Shown here: one piece after another, positions 46,194-56,265 of the stretch
Numbering within the stretch: the stretch's first letter is position 1
Layout of the letters: the number at the start of each line of letters is the position of its first letter
Assembly (NCBI GenBank): GCA_023269635.1
Contig: JAHFPN010000002.1
Span: 1,770 to 65,769, forward strand
From: Hyphomicrobiales bacterium
Lineage (GTDB): Bacteria > Pseudomonadota > Alphaproteobacteria > Rhizobiales > Xanthobacteraceae
Length of the DNA stretch: 64,000 bases
Reading direction: 5' to 3'
Made by a program: the position numbers and the translations under genes
Notes under the pieces: model-generated
Seen by the model: only the letters and a program-made list of their open reading frames with translations
Databases searched by the model: none
Told to the model about the DNA's origin: nothing

Positions 46194-47371
46194 AGTTCTT
46201 CGCCTTCCATCTGATGCCCTATGCCGCGCTCGATCCGGACTACGACAAGAAATACAACTCGGCTTGGGTCACGCTGCCCAACACCTATTACGACCCGAAG
46301 ATCGGGCACGCGCTCTACAACCGCTATCTCGACGAGCTCGAGCTGGCGGACGCCATGGGCTTCGACGGCGTCTGCGTGAACGAGCACCATCAGAACGCCT
46401 ATGGCCTGATGCCAATTCCGGGCGTGATGGCCGGCGCGCTCGCGCGCCGCACCAAGCAGGCCAAGATCGCCGTGCTCGGCCGCGCGTTGCCGCTGCTCAA
46501 CAATCCGCTGGTGGTGGCCGAAGAGTTCGCGATGCTCGACAACATCACTGCCGGCCGTTTCGTCGCCGGCTTCGTGCGCGGCATCGGCGCCGAATATCAT
46601 TCCTGGGGCGCCAACCCGGCGGAGTCGCACGACCGCTTCCACGAGGCGCACGATCTGATCGTGCGCGCCTGGACCGAGCCCGGGCCGTTTACGTTCGAGG
46701 GCAAGTACTACCACTTCGAATACGTGAACTGCTGGCCGCGGCCCTATCAGCAGCCGCATCCGCCGATCTGGATTCCCTCGCAGGGCAGCCGCGAAACCAT
46801 CGAATGGGCCTCGCACCCGTCGCGGAAATACACCTATCTCCAGACTTTCAGTCCGGTCACGGCGCTGGCGCGCTACATGCAGATGTATCGCGACACCGCG
46901 CAGAAATACGGCTACACCGCGACGCTCGATCAGGTCGGCTGGGCGATCCCGACCTATGTCGCCGAGAGCGACGAGATCGCCCGCCGCGAGGCCAAGCCTC
47001 ACATCGAATTTTTCATGAACAAGCTCCTGCGCATGCCGCAGGAAATGCTGCTGCCGCCCGGCTATCTCTCGCTGCAATCGCTGAAGGGCGTCTTGAGCGC
47101 CAAGCGCGGCCTTAGCGGAGCGCAGCATACGGTCGACAGCCTGATCGAGAGCGGCATGTTCCTGTGCGGCAGTGCGTCCACGGTGCGCGAGAAGCTGGAG
47201 AAATATCAGAAAGAGATCGGTTTCGGATATCTCTTGCCGGCGATCCAGTTCGGATCGTTGCCGCACGAGCTGACCAGGAAGAGCGTCGAAATGTTCGCTC
47301 GTGAAGTGATCCCGCATTTCCGGAAGCGCGATGCCGGCGCGGCGCGCGCGGCCGTGGCGGGACGGGCCTGA
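46190..47371 (+). CDS. luciferase-like (LLM) flavin-dependent monooxygenase, copy 1
   Basis: ATG 46190 overlaps the upstream stop. MKFFAFHLMPY, VNEHH and WPRPYQQPHPP. Confidence 0.8.
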   Translation: MKFFAFHLMPYAALDPDYDKKYNSAWVTLPNTYYDPKIGHALYNRYLDELELADAMGFDGVCVNEHHQNAYGLMPIPGVMAGALARRTKQAKIAVLGRALPLLNNPLVVAEEFAMLDNITAGRFVAGFVRGIGAEYHSWGANPAESHDRFHEAHDLIVRAWTEPGPFTFEGKYYHFEYVNCWPRPYQQPHPPIWIPSQGSRETIEWASHPSRKYTYLQTFSPVTALARYMQMYRDTAQKYGYTATLDQVGWAIPTYVAESDEIARREAKPHIEFFMNKLLRMPQEMLLPPGYLSLQSLKGVLSAKRGLSGAQHTVDSLIESGMFLCGSASTVREKLEKYQKEIGFGYLLPAIQFGSLPHELTRKSVEMFAREVIPHFRKRDAGAARAAVAGRA

Positions 47372-47407
47372 AGCGGCGAAGATCGCTCAAGCGGAGAGGA
47401 GGAGGCT

Positions 47408-47860
47408 TTGCCGACGAGAACGAAAGCCAAGGCGGCGGCTGCGCGGAAATCGACCCGGACCAGAGCCGCGTCCGCCGCGAGTCCGGTGTTTGCCCGCGGC
47501 CTGAAGATCCGCCGCGAGATGCTGGGGCCGCAGTTCGCCGAAGCGGAGATCGACCCGGCCGGCGATTTCATGTGGGTCCTGCACGATTGGGTGACCACCG
47601 CCTGCTTCGGCGCCATGTGGGGGCGGCCCGGGCTCGCGCCCAAGATCCGGAGCGCCGTCACGCTCGCGATCATGGTGGCGCAGGGCCGGCCGCGCGAAGT
47701 CAGGATGCACGTCAAGGCCGGGCTCAAGAACGGGCTCACCAAGCAGGAGATCGCCGAGGTGCTGCTGCATTCGCTGGTCTATTGCGGCGTGCCGCGCGGC
47801 TCGGAGGCGTTCCGCGCCGCCGACGAAATGCTGCGCGAGCTTGAGCAGGGGAAGGCCTGA
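47408..47860 (+). CDS. carboxymuconolactone decarboxylase (CMD/AhpD-like) family protein
   Basis: TTG start follows GGAGAGGAGGAGG. It has a basic N-terminal extension, then GLKIRREMLG...LLHSLVYCGVP. Confidence 0.7.
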   Translation: MPTRTKAKAAAARKSTRTRAASAASPVFARGLKIRREMLGPQFAEAEIDPAGDFMWVLHDWVTTACFGAMWGRPGLAPKIRSAVTLAIMVAQGRPREVRMHVKAGLKNGLTKQEIAEVLLHSLVYCGVPRGSEAFRAADEMLRELEQGKA

Positions 47861-47866
47861 GCGCCC

Positions 47867-48763
47867 ATGAGCGGTTCGATCGGCTTTATCGGCATCGGCA
47901 ACATGGGCCGGCCCATGGCCGCGAACCTCGTGCGCGGCGGCCATGCCGTGATCGTCTATGACGTCGCGCCCGAGCGCGCGCGCGGCTTCGCCGACGAGCA
48001 TCAGGCCCGCGCGGTCTCGAGCCTCGCCGAGCTTGGCCGCGGCGCCGGAACCGTAATCACCATGCTGCCCACCGGGCGCGACGTGCGCGCGGCGCTGCTC
48101 GAGATGGAGGGCGGCGCGCTTGCCAAGAGTCTGAAAGCCGGCAGCATCGTGATCGACATGAGCTCGTCCGATCCGGTCGGCACGCGCGAGCTCGGAAAGG
48201 AGCTCGCCGCGCGCGGGGTCCGCCTGGTGGACGCGCCGGTATCCGGCGGCGTCGTCCGGGCTAAGGACGGCTCGCTCGCCATCATGATCGGTGGCGACGC
48301 CGAGACGATCGAGGCGGTGAAGCCGATCCTCGGCCATATGGGAAAGCGGCTCTTTGAAGTTGGCGGCCTCGGCAATGGTCACGCCATGAAGTGCCTGAAC
48401 AATTTCATCGCCGCGACCCAATTCGCCGCCGCCGCCGAGGCCATGCGGGTAGGCAAGGAATTCGGGCTCGACCCCAACGTCATGTTCGACGTCATCAACG
48501 CCTCGACCGGCCGGAGCTTCGCGTCCGAGAACCTGATGAAGCAGGAGGTGATTTCGGAACGCTTCGGCACCGGCTTCACCGTGGGTCTGCTCGCCAAGGA
48601 CGTGAAGATCGCGGCCGATCTCGCCGAGCAGATCGGCGTCGAGGCGCCGATCGGACGGCTCACGCGGGATCTGTTTCGCGAGGCGAGCGATACGCTCGGC
48701 GCCGATCAGGATCATTCCAGCGCCGTGCTCGCCTGGAACAAGCGCGGCAAGAAACGCGGCTAG
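47867..48763 (+). CDS. NAD(P)-dependent beta-hydroxyacid dehydrogenase (HIBADH family)
   Basis: IGFIGIGNMGRPMA, DAPVSGG and GNGHAMKCLNN. Confidence 0.85.
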   Translation: MSGSIGFIGIGNMGRPMAANLVRGGHAVIVYDVAPERARGFADEHQARAVSSLAELGRGAGTVITMLPTGRDVRAALLEMEGGALAKSLKAGSIVIDMSSSDPVGTRELGKELAARGVRLVDAPVSGGVVRAKDGSLAIMIGGDAETIEAVKPILGHMGKRLFEVGGLGNGHAMKCLNNFIAATQFAAAAEAMRVGKEFGLDPNVMFDVINASTGRSFASENLMKQEVISERFGTGFTVGLLAKDVKIAADLAEQIGVEAPIGRLTRDLFREASDTLGADQDHSSAVLAWNKRGKKRG

Positions 48764-48775
48764 ATCGGGATCTCG

Positions 48776-49192
48776 ATGCGCACCGTCACGCAGACGGTCG
48801 ATATCGAAACCGACCCGGCCAAGGTCTGGGCGATCGTGGGCGACTTCAACGCCCTACCGGCCTGGAACCCGGGTCTCGCTTCGAGCGAGCTCGAGGAGGG
48901 CGGCAAGGTGCGCTATCTCGTCCGCCGCGCCGGCGGGCACGTGCGCGAGCGGCTGATCGAGCGCGACGATGCCCGGCGCCTCATCCGCTACAGCATGTTC
49001 GAGACCGGCCTGCCGGTGAGCCGGCACGCCGCCACGATGCAGGTGGCGGCCAGGGGCAAGGGTTCGACGGTAACTTGGTCCTGCGAGTTCGAATCCAAAG
49101 GCCCGCCGGACGCCGAGGTCGCGGCCATCTTCAAGCAGATTTTCACCGGAGGGCTTTCCAACCTGAAAGCCATGCTGGAGAATAGAGCTTAA
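48776..49192 (+). CDS. SRPBCC-family (polyketide cyclase/dehydrase-like) protein
   Basis: 138 aa. VWAIVGDFNALPAWNP is typical. Confidence 0.7.
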   Translation: MRTVTQTVDIETDPAKVWAIVGDFNALPAWNPGLASSELEEGGKVRYLVRRAGGHVRERLIERDDARRLIRYSMFETGLPVSRHAATMQVAARGKGSTVTWSCEFESKGPPDAEVAAIFKQIFTGGLSNLKAMLENRA

Positions 49193-49245
49193 GTCCGCCC
49201 GGTGCCGGCCTACGGCGCGGGGCTATAACGAGTAGGGAGGACATC

Positions 49246-50274
49246 GTGAGACGTTTGACACTGAGCCTGATGACGGCGGCCTTCGTTGGCGCTTCGCTGA
49301 CGGCGGCGGCCTTCGCGCAGGACAAGCCGGTCGAGTGGCGCTTTTCGCATTGGGTGCCGCCGAGCCATTCGATGCACGTCTCGGCCCTGGCCTGGGCGGA
49401 GTCGATCAAGAAGGCGTCGAACGGCACCATCGACATCAAGATTTTCCCGGCCCAGCAGCTCGGCAAGGCCTTCGACCACTACAACATGGCCCGTGACGGC
49501 ATCGTGCAGATCGCGCACGCCAACCCGGGCTACGAGCCCGGCCGCTTCGCGGTCATGGGCGCGGCGGAACTTCCGTTCCTGGTCGCCAATGCCAAGGACG
49601 GCAGCGCCGCGATCGACGCTTGGTACCGGCGCTATGCCGGCAAGGAGATGGCGGACGTCTATTACTGCCTGACCTTCGTGCACGATCCGGCGACCATCCA
49701 CTTGACCAGCAAGAAGGTGACGACCCCGGCCGACATCAAGGGCATGAAGATCCGTCCGGCCAACGCCACCATCGCGCGCTGGATCACGCTCATGGGCGGC
49801 ACCAACGTGCAGGCTTCCGCTCCGGAAGTGCGCGACGTGTTGGCCAAGGGCGTGGCCGAAGCGGTCATGTTCCCCTGGGGCTCGATCGTGCTGTTCGGCA
49901 TCGACAAGGTCACCAAATATCACATGGACGCCGCCATGTACGTGACCGAGCAGACCTGGGTGATCAACAAGGCCGCCTATGCCGCGCTCTCCGCCGCGCA
50001 GAAGAAGGTCATCGACGACCACTGCTCGAGCGACTGGGCCTACAAGATCGGCGCGCCGTGGGCGGATATGGAAGCTGCCGGCCGTCCCAAGATCGCGGCT
50101 GAGGCCGGGCACGAAGTCTACAAGATCACGCCCGCGCAGCTTGCCGAATGGCGCAAGTCCGCCGAACCGCTGATGGCCGAATGGGAAGCCAACGTGAAGA
50201 AGGCCGGCCTCGATCCGAAGAAGGTGTTCGACGACCTCAAGGCCGAGATGAGCAAGCGCAACGTCGCTTACTGA
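49246..50274 (+). CDS. TRAP transporter substrate-binding protein (DctP family), no DctQM partner nearby
   Basis: GTG start follows GGGAGGA. A signal peptide is followed by the DctP-like WRFSHWVPPSH. Confidence 0.8.
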   Translation: MRRLTLSLMTAAFVGASLTAAAFAQDKPVEWRFSHWVPPSHSMHVSALAWAESIKKASNGTIDIKIFPAQQLGKAFDHYNMARDGIVQIAHANPGYEPGRFAVMGAAELPFLVANAKDGSAAIDAWYRRYAGKEMADVYYCLTFVHDPATIHLTSKKVTTPADIKGMKIRPANATIARWITLMGGTNVQASAPEVRDVLAKGVAEAVMFPWGSIVLFGIDKVTKYHMDAAMYVTEQTWVINKAAYAALSAAQKKVIDDHCSSDWAYKIGAPWADMEAAGRPKIAAEAGHEVYKITPAQLAEWRKSAEPLMAEWEANVKKAGLDPKKVFDDLKAEMSKRNVAY

Positions 50275-50289
50275 TCGGACGCAAGACGA

Positions 50290-50332
50290 AAAGACCCGCC
50301 GCGCCTTTCGGTGCGGCGGGTCTTCCGTTTTG
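50290..50332. terminator. bidirectional rho-independent terminator between convergent genes
   Basis: AAAAGACCCGCCGC-loop-GCGGCGGGTCTTCCGTTTT has a 10-bp GC stem flanked by an A-run and a T-run. Confidence 0.75.
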
Positions 50333-50371
50333 AACAACCGTCTCTGGTGGACGCGCTACCGCGCGGGCCGC

Positions 50372-51407
<1,036 letters not shown>

Positions 51408-51421
<14 letters not shown>

Positions 51422-52154
51422 CGCTGCCTCCGAGATAGGCCTGGATCACTTGCGGATCGGACAGCACCGAATCGGGCGTGCCTTCGGCGATGCGCTCGCC
51501 CGCGTTCATGACCACGACCCGGTGGCACAAGGCGCGGATCGCCTCCATCACGTGCTCGATCATCACGATGGTGATGCCTTCGCGGCCAATCTGGCGGACG
51601 AGGTCGATGCCGATCTTGAGCTCGGTGGGATTGAGGCCTGCGAGCCACTCATCGAGCAGGAGCAGCTCGGGGTGCGCGGCGAGCGCGCGCGCGAGCTCGA
51701 GCCGCTTCTGATCGATATAGGTGAGCTGCGACGCGAACATCCCCGCGCGCGGCTTGAGCCCGACCCGGTCGAGCAGCGCGTCGGCTTCCTTCGCGGCGTG
51801 CGCGGGAACGGTCGGAGCGCTCCCGAACATGCGGCCGAGCATCACGTTCTCGCGCGTCGTCATGTGCGGAAGCACCCGCACCAGCTGGAACGTGCGTGCG
51901 ATCCGCATCCGGCAGACTTCGAACGATTTCGCGCCCACGATGTCCCGGTCCTTGAACAGAATCGTGCCGCGGTCGGGCGCGAACTCCGCGGTGACGAGGT
52001 TGAGGACCGTGGTCTTGCCGGAGCCGTTCGGTCCGATCAGGCCGAGGATCTTTCCCTGCGGGATGTCGAAGGAAAGATCGCGCACCGCGACGAGCCCACC
52101 GAACGCCTTCTGCAGGCCGCGGATGCTGAGCAGGATGTCGCCTGGGCCGCTCAT
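51408..52154 (-). CDS. ABC ATPase (LivG-like)
   Basis: From ATG 52152-54 (MSGPGDILLSIRGLQKAFGG). Walker A GPNGSGKTT. ATGA overlap with the permease stop. Confidence 0.85.
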
Positions 52155-53107
52155 CCGTGGCCTCCCATCCCGGCGCGCGCGGCCTTCAGCGAATGCAAGA
52201 AGCGCTCGATCAGGCGAGTGATCCCGCCCGGCAGGAAATAGACGATCACGACGAAGCAGAGGCCGAGCGCGATGCTGAAATGGTGCGGGAAGCTGCCGGC
52301 AAGGTATTCGGAGAGCAGCACGAGCGGCACCGCGCCCATCGCCGGGCCCCAGGCGCGGCCCGCCCCGCCGAGCAGCGCCGCGATCAATACCTGGAAGGAC
52401 CAGGTGTTGTTGAAGGCGATGCTCGCATCGATATAGGGATATCGCAGCGCCAGCACCGCGCCGACCAGCGCCATGACCGACGCCGAGAGCGCGAAGCACA
52501 GGATTTTGACACGGGTCGTGTTGACGCCGGTGTGGCGTGCCACCGTTTCGTCCTCGCCGATGGCGCGCAGGGCGAAGCCCAGACGAATTTGGCTCACGTA
52601 CCAGCTCCCGACGATGGTGATCAGGGTGACCGCCAACAGCGTCTCGTAGATATTCACATTCGACACGTCGGTGAAAATGTAGCGTGACACCGTCTTGTTG
52701 ATCTTGATCTCCCACCAGTTGAGCACCTGATGGACGAGTTCCGTGAGGCCGAACGTGAAAACCACGAAGTACACGCCGCGCAGTCGCAGGGTGGAGAGGC
52801 CCACCACCAGTGCAACCAGGAAGCCGACGATCGCGGCGCCGACTACGGCCAGGGGAATCGAGACATAGACGTGGAGGATTGCCAGGGTGTAGATGCCGAC
52901 GCCGAAGAAGGCGGCCGTGGCGAGCGAGATGTAACGCGTCGCGCCCGAGAAGAAGGCCCATGCGGTCGCGAGCGCGACATTTGCGTACAGCACGATGAAG
53001 AGCGACAGCACGTAGTTCGAGCCGAAGAGGGGCACCAGCGCAAGAAGACCCGCGCCTAGTGCCGTCAGCGCGGAGATTCCCCAGTTTCTGCGGAGCAGCT
53101 CAAGCAC
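52151..53107 (-). CDS. ABC permease (LivM-like)
   Basis: GTG 53105-07 overlaps the upstream permease end. Hydrophobic throughout. Confidence 0.8.
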   Translation of the reverse strand: MLELLRRNWGISALTALGAGLLALVPLFGSNYVLSLFIVLYANVALATAWAFFSGATRYISLATAAFFGVGIYTLAILHVYVSIPLAVVGAAIVGFLVALVVGLSTLRLRGVYFVVFTFGLTELVHQVLNWWEIKINKTVSRYIFTDVSNVNIYETLLAVTLITIVGSWYVSQIRLGFALRAIGEDETVARHTGVNTTRVKILCFALSASVMALVGAVLALRYPYIDASIAFNNTWSFQVLIAALLGGAGRAWGPAMGAVPLVLLSEYLAGSFPHHFSIALGLCFVVIVYFLPGGITRLIERFLHSLKAARAGMGGHG

Positions 53108-53969
53108 GGGTGAACAATCCCGTTGGGCGCAACAAGAGGACGAGCATGAACAGACCGAAATTGATCGCGATCGTGAGCTGTGGATCGACCAGATAGCCGC
53201 CCACGGATTCGACGACGCCGAGCACAAGGCCGGCCGCGAGCGTGCCGGTCACGCGACCGACGCCGGCCAGGATCACGACGATCAGGGCCTTCAGGGTGTA
53301 TTCGACGCCGATCGTGGAGCTGAACGAAATGAATGTGCTGACCAGCATGCCGGAAGCGGCGGCGAGCGCTCCGCCAGCCGCGAACGCGAGCGCAGAAAAT
53401 TTCCGCACGTCGATTCCGACCAGGCTCGCCGCGACCGGGTCGATCGTCATGGCTCGCAAGGCGGTGCCGAATCGGGTGTAGCGCAACACCAGGAACAGCG
53501 CGAAGGCCAGCGCGCAGGCAGCGAGGAACGCGAATAGCCGATTGAACGCGACCGTCGCGCCGACCAAGTGCACGGGCGATGAAAGAAAGCTGTAGCCGCG
53601 CAGATCGCCGCTCCAATTCACCAGCGCCAGGCCCTGAAACACGAAAAACAGGCCGAAGGTGACGAGCACGACGTCGGCATCGAGCGCATCCTGATCGGCC
53701 GCACGGCGGACCAAGGGAATCATCAAGTACTGATAGATCAGCCAGTTGATCACGAACGCGATCGGCAAGCTGACGAAGAGGCTCAAGAGCGGGTTGAGCT
53801 TCCACAGCATGATCGTGAAGAAGGCGGTGAATGCCCCGCCCATGAAGAACTCGCCATAGGAGAGGTTCAAGATGCGAGCTACGCCGTATTGCAAATTTAG
53901 GCCGAGCGCGATGAGCCCATACATCCCGCCGAGCAGCAGGCCGCCAAGAAATACTTCGAACAGAATCAC
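53100..53969 (-). CDS. ABC permease (LivH-like)
   Basis: 289 aa. The start MILFEVFLGGLLLGGMYGLIALGLNL is typical of LivH. Confidence 0.85.
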   Translation of the reverse strand: MILFEVFLGGLLLGGMYGLIALGLNLQYGVARILNLSYGEFFMGGAFTAFFTIMLWKLNPLLSLFVSLPIAFVINWLIYQYLMIPLVRRAADQDALDADVVLVTFGLFFVFQGLALVNWSGDLRGYSFLSSPVHLVGATVAFNRLFAFLAACALAFALFLVLRYTRFGTALRAMTIDPVAASLVGIDVRKFSALAFAAGGALAAASGMLVSTFISFSSTIGVEYTLKALIVVILAGVGRVTGTLAAGLVLGVVESVGGYLVDPQLTIAINFGLFMLVLLLRPTGLFTRA

Positions 53970-53996
53970 GCCAGCCCCCGCGTGGGAAAACGAACG

Positions 53997-54025
53997 GGTC
54001 AGGCCGAACCGCTCGGCCTGACCCG
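53997..54025 (-). other. 12-bp GC hairpin between the binding-protein and permease genes
   Basis: GGGTCAGGCCGA-ACCGC-TCGGCCTGACCC. It could be an intra-operon attenuator or stabiliser (inferred). Confidence 0.5.
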
Positions 54026-54050
54026 GATTTAATGCGTCATCAAGCGACCG

Positions 54051-55268
54051 TCACGACCACGCGGGCTTTGGGAACAGAAGCGGTTTGGCGCCGGCCTTGT
54101 CAGCCGGGTAGATGACGGTGAGTTCGCCGTTTTGCCACTGGCCGACCGCCCAGGGATTGGCGTTGAGCTGCTTGACGTACTTTATTTCGCCCCACAGCGT
54201 CTTGAACGTGGTGTTCGCGATCACGTCGCGGATCTTCTTGCGGTCGATCTCGCCGACCGTTTCGATCGCCTGCTGGGTGAGCTGAAGAGCAGCATAGACG
54301 TTCACTCCGCCGGGTTCGTATTCCTGCTTGAACAGATCGCGGTGGGCTTTGGCGTACTCGTCCATCCCTGGCGCCTTCGGATCGGAGGGGCCGTACACCA
54401 GGATGCCGTTGACTTTGTTGCCGAATTTATCCTTGTACTGGGGGAACACGCCGCCGATCGCCACGTACATGAACTGCGGGTTGAAACCCAAGATCTGAGC
54501 TTGCTCGGTCAGCATGAACGTGTCGGGCGGATAGCTGAAGGCGAGGAAGGCGTCCGGATTGGTTGCCATCACCTCGCGGATCAGCGGTTGCAGATCCGAA
54601 GCCCCGAACGCGTAGCTCTTGTTGAACACGACCTCGAGCCCGTCCTTCTTCGCCGCCTCGAGAAACGCCTCGTTATTTTCCACGCCGTACTCAACCGACG
54701 GATAGATCGCAGCGACGCGGCCCTTGATCTTGCCCTGCTTCTTCAGATCGGCGATCGCCTTGGAGAGTGGCTGTGACGCCTCCCTCGGCTGCGCGATGTT
54801 CCAGAACGCGTAGGGCCACCTCGGCCCGAGCTCATAGGTCTTGTTCGTGGTGGCCGTCGTCATGATCACCGGGTACTCGTACTTGTTGATGATCGGCGCC
54901 TGCGCCAAATTCATGTGGGTGGCGTAGGGGCTCAGGACCATGTCCACCTTGTCCTGTTGGATCAGGCGCTCGGTGAGCTTGAGCAATTCATCCGGCTTGC
55001 CCTGGTCGTCGTAGGCGACCATCTCGATCGGAACCTTCTTGCCGAACTTTTTCAACATGATGCCGCCGGCGTCGTTTACGAGCTTGTTCCACAGCTTGTA
55101 GTTCGACACGGTCGTCGAATCCGCGCCCGGCCCGAGCGGGCCCGATTGCGTGATCGCGTAGCCGAACCGAATCTTATCCGGCGCTGCCTGGGCCTGAGCA
55201 GGTGTCCGTGGCAGGGTCGCCGCGCCGACCACGGCGGCGCTGCCCTTCACGAAAGTACGTCTGTCCAT
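54051..55268 (-). CDS. ABC substrate-binding protein (LivK/Peripla_BP_6 type)
   Basis: ATG 55266-68 follows GGGAGGA. Twin-arginine-like leader MDRRTFVKGSAAVVGAATL...AQAQA. Confidence 0.85.
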   Translation of the reverse strand: MDRRTFVKGSAAVVGAATLPRTPAQAQAAPDKIRFGYAITQSGPLGPGADSTTVSNYKLWNKLVNDAGGIMLKKFGKKVPIEMVAYDDQGKPDELLKLTERLIQQDKVDMVLSPYATHMNLAQAPIINKYEYPVIMTTATTNKTYELGPRWPYAFWNIAQPREASQPLSKAIADLKKQGKIKGRVAAIYPSVEYGVENNEAFLEAAKKDGLEVVFNKSYAFGASDLQPLIREVMATNPDAFLAFSYPPDTFMLTEQAQILGFNPQFMYVAIGGVFPQYKDKFGNKVNGILVYGPSDPKAPGMDEYAKAHRDLFKQEYEPGGVNVYAALQLTQQAIETVGEIDRKKIRDVIANTTFKTLWGEIKYVKQLNANPWAVGQWQNGELTVIYPADKAGAKPLLFPKPAWS

Positions 55269-55485
55269 GTTGCATCCTCCCGGTGCGTTGTTAATGCAGT
55301 TGCCGCCTTGTCTCCGGCGGCCTTGGTGCACTGCCCCATTATTACCAAGTCTGGGGCAGAAAGAGAAACAAGTGCCCGGCGCCGCCGTCGTTCGTCTGGG
55401 TCCGAATTGCGGCGGCTCCGGCGGCCATGACCGGCCGATTTACCTCCAGCTTTCGGCGGGCGCGCGAGGCATGCTGCCTATTTCT

Positions 55486-56250
55486 TCAGCTCAGGAATTT
55501 CGCCACCGCCTCGACCGCCTCCGGCTTTTCGAGATGGACGAGGTGCCCCGCCCCCTTGAACACTTTGATGTCCGCGTTCGGAATGAATTTGCGCCAGGTT
55601 TCGGCCTGCTGGACCGGGATGATCTTGTCCTCGTCGCCCCACAGGATCAGCGTCGGATTCTTGACCCGGTGCAGGTAGCGCATGAACTTCGGGTCGCCCG
55701 GGTGCTCCCACAAGAGGCGCGCCACGGTCCCCGCCTCGCGGTAGCGCTCCCCGATGAAATCGAGGTCCGGCTGCGCCGGCAAGTGCTTCTTGAGCACCTC
55801 GAAATTCGAGACCAGCAGGCCCGGCACCTGGTCGCCCGGCACCGCCAGGATGTCCATCATCGGGTGCTGGGGATCGATCATGCCCGCAGGCGCGATGAGC
55901 GCCAGCTTCTTGACCCGGTGCCCGTGCTCGCTCGCGAACTTGGCCGCGAGATAGCCGCCGAGCGAAAGCCCGACCAGATTGAACCGGTCGAGTTTCAATA
56001 GGTCGAACAGCTCGAGGTAGTGCATCACGTAGTCGTGCAGATCGGTGAAGGTCGGGTCGTCGCCCGACTCGCCGAAGCCGGGATGATACGGAACGATCAC
56101 CCGGAACCGGTCGGTCCACGCCTCGGCGAAATCGAATCCGTCGACGGTGCCGGCGCCGTGGAAGAAGACCAGCGGCTCGCCGCTGCCGGCCGTGTGTACG
56201 ACCGTTTTCACGCCGTCGACGGTGTGAACTTCACGCGAGAACTTTGCCAT
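55486..56250 (-). CDS. alpha/beta hydrolase, copy 2 (paralog of 45411-46193)
   Basis: HPGFGESGD, GLSLGG, ILWGDEDKIIP and GHLVHLE. Confidence 0.8.
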   Translation of the reverse strand: MAKFSREVHTVDGVKTVVHTAGSGEPLVFFHGAGTVDGFDFAEAWTDRFRVIVPYHPGFGESGDDPTFTDLHDYVMHYLELFDLLKLDRFNLVGLSLGGYLAAKFASEHGHRVKKLALIAPAGMIDPQHPMMDILAVPGDQVPGLLVSNFEVLKKHLPAQPDLDFIGERYREAGTVARLLWEHPGDPKFMRYLHRVKNPTLILWGDEDKIIPVQQAETWRKFIPNADIKVFKGAGHLVHLEKPEAVEAVAKFLS

Positions 56251-56265
56251 CGTTTCCTCCCGGCC

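Noticed and set aside
55269-55485. 217-bp gap inside the minus-strand operon as a hidden small gene or sRNA
   Set aside because: No ORF with an RBS is present. I see only a CTGCCCC-N15-GGGGCAG hairpin (about 55331-55359) and a short GGCAGCATGCC palindrome. It most likely holds an internal promoter or processing site for the transporter genes, which I cannot demonstrate from sequence alone.
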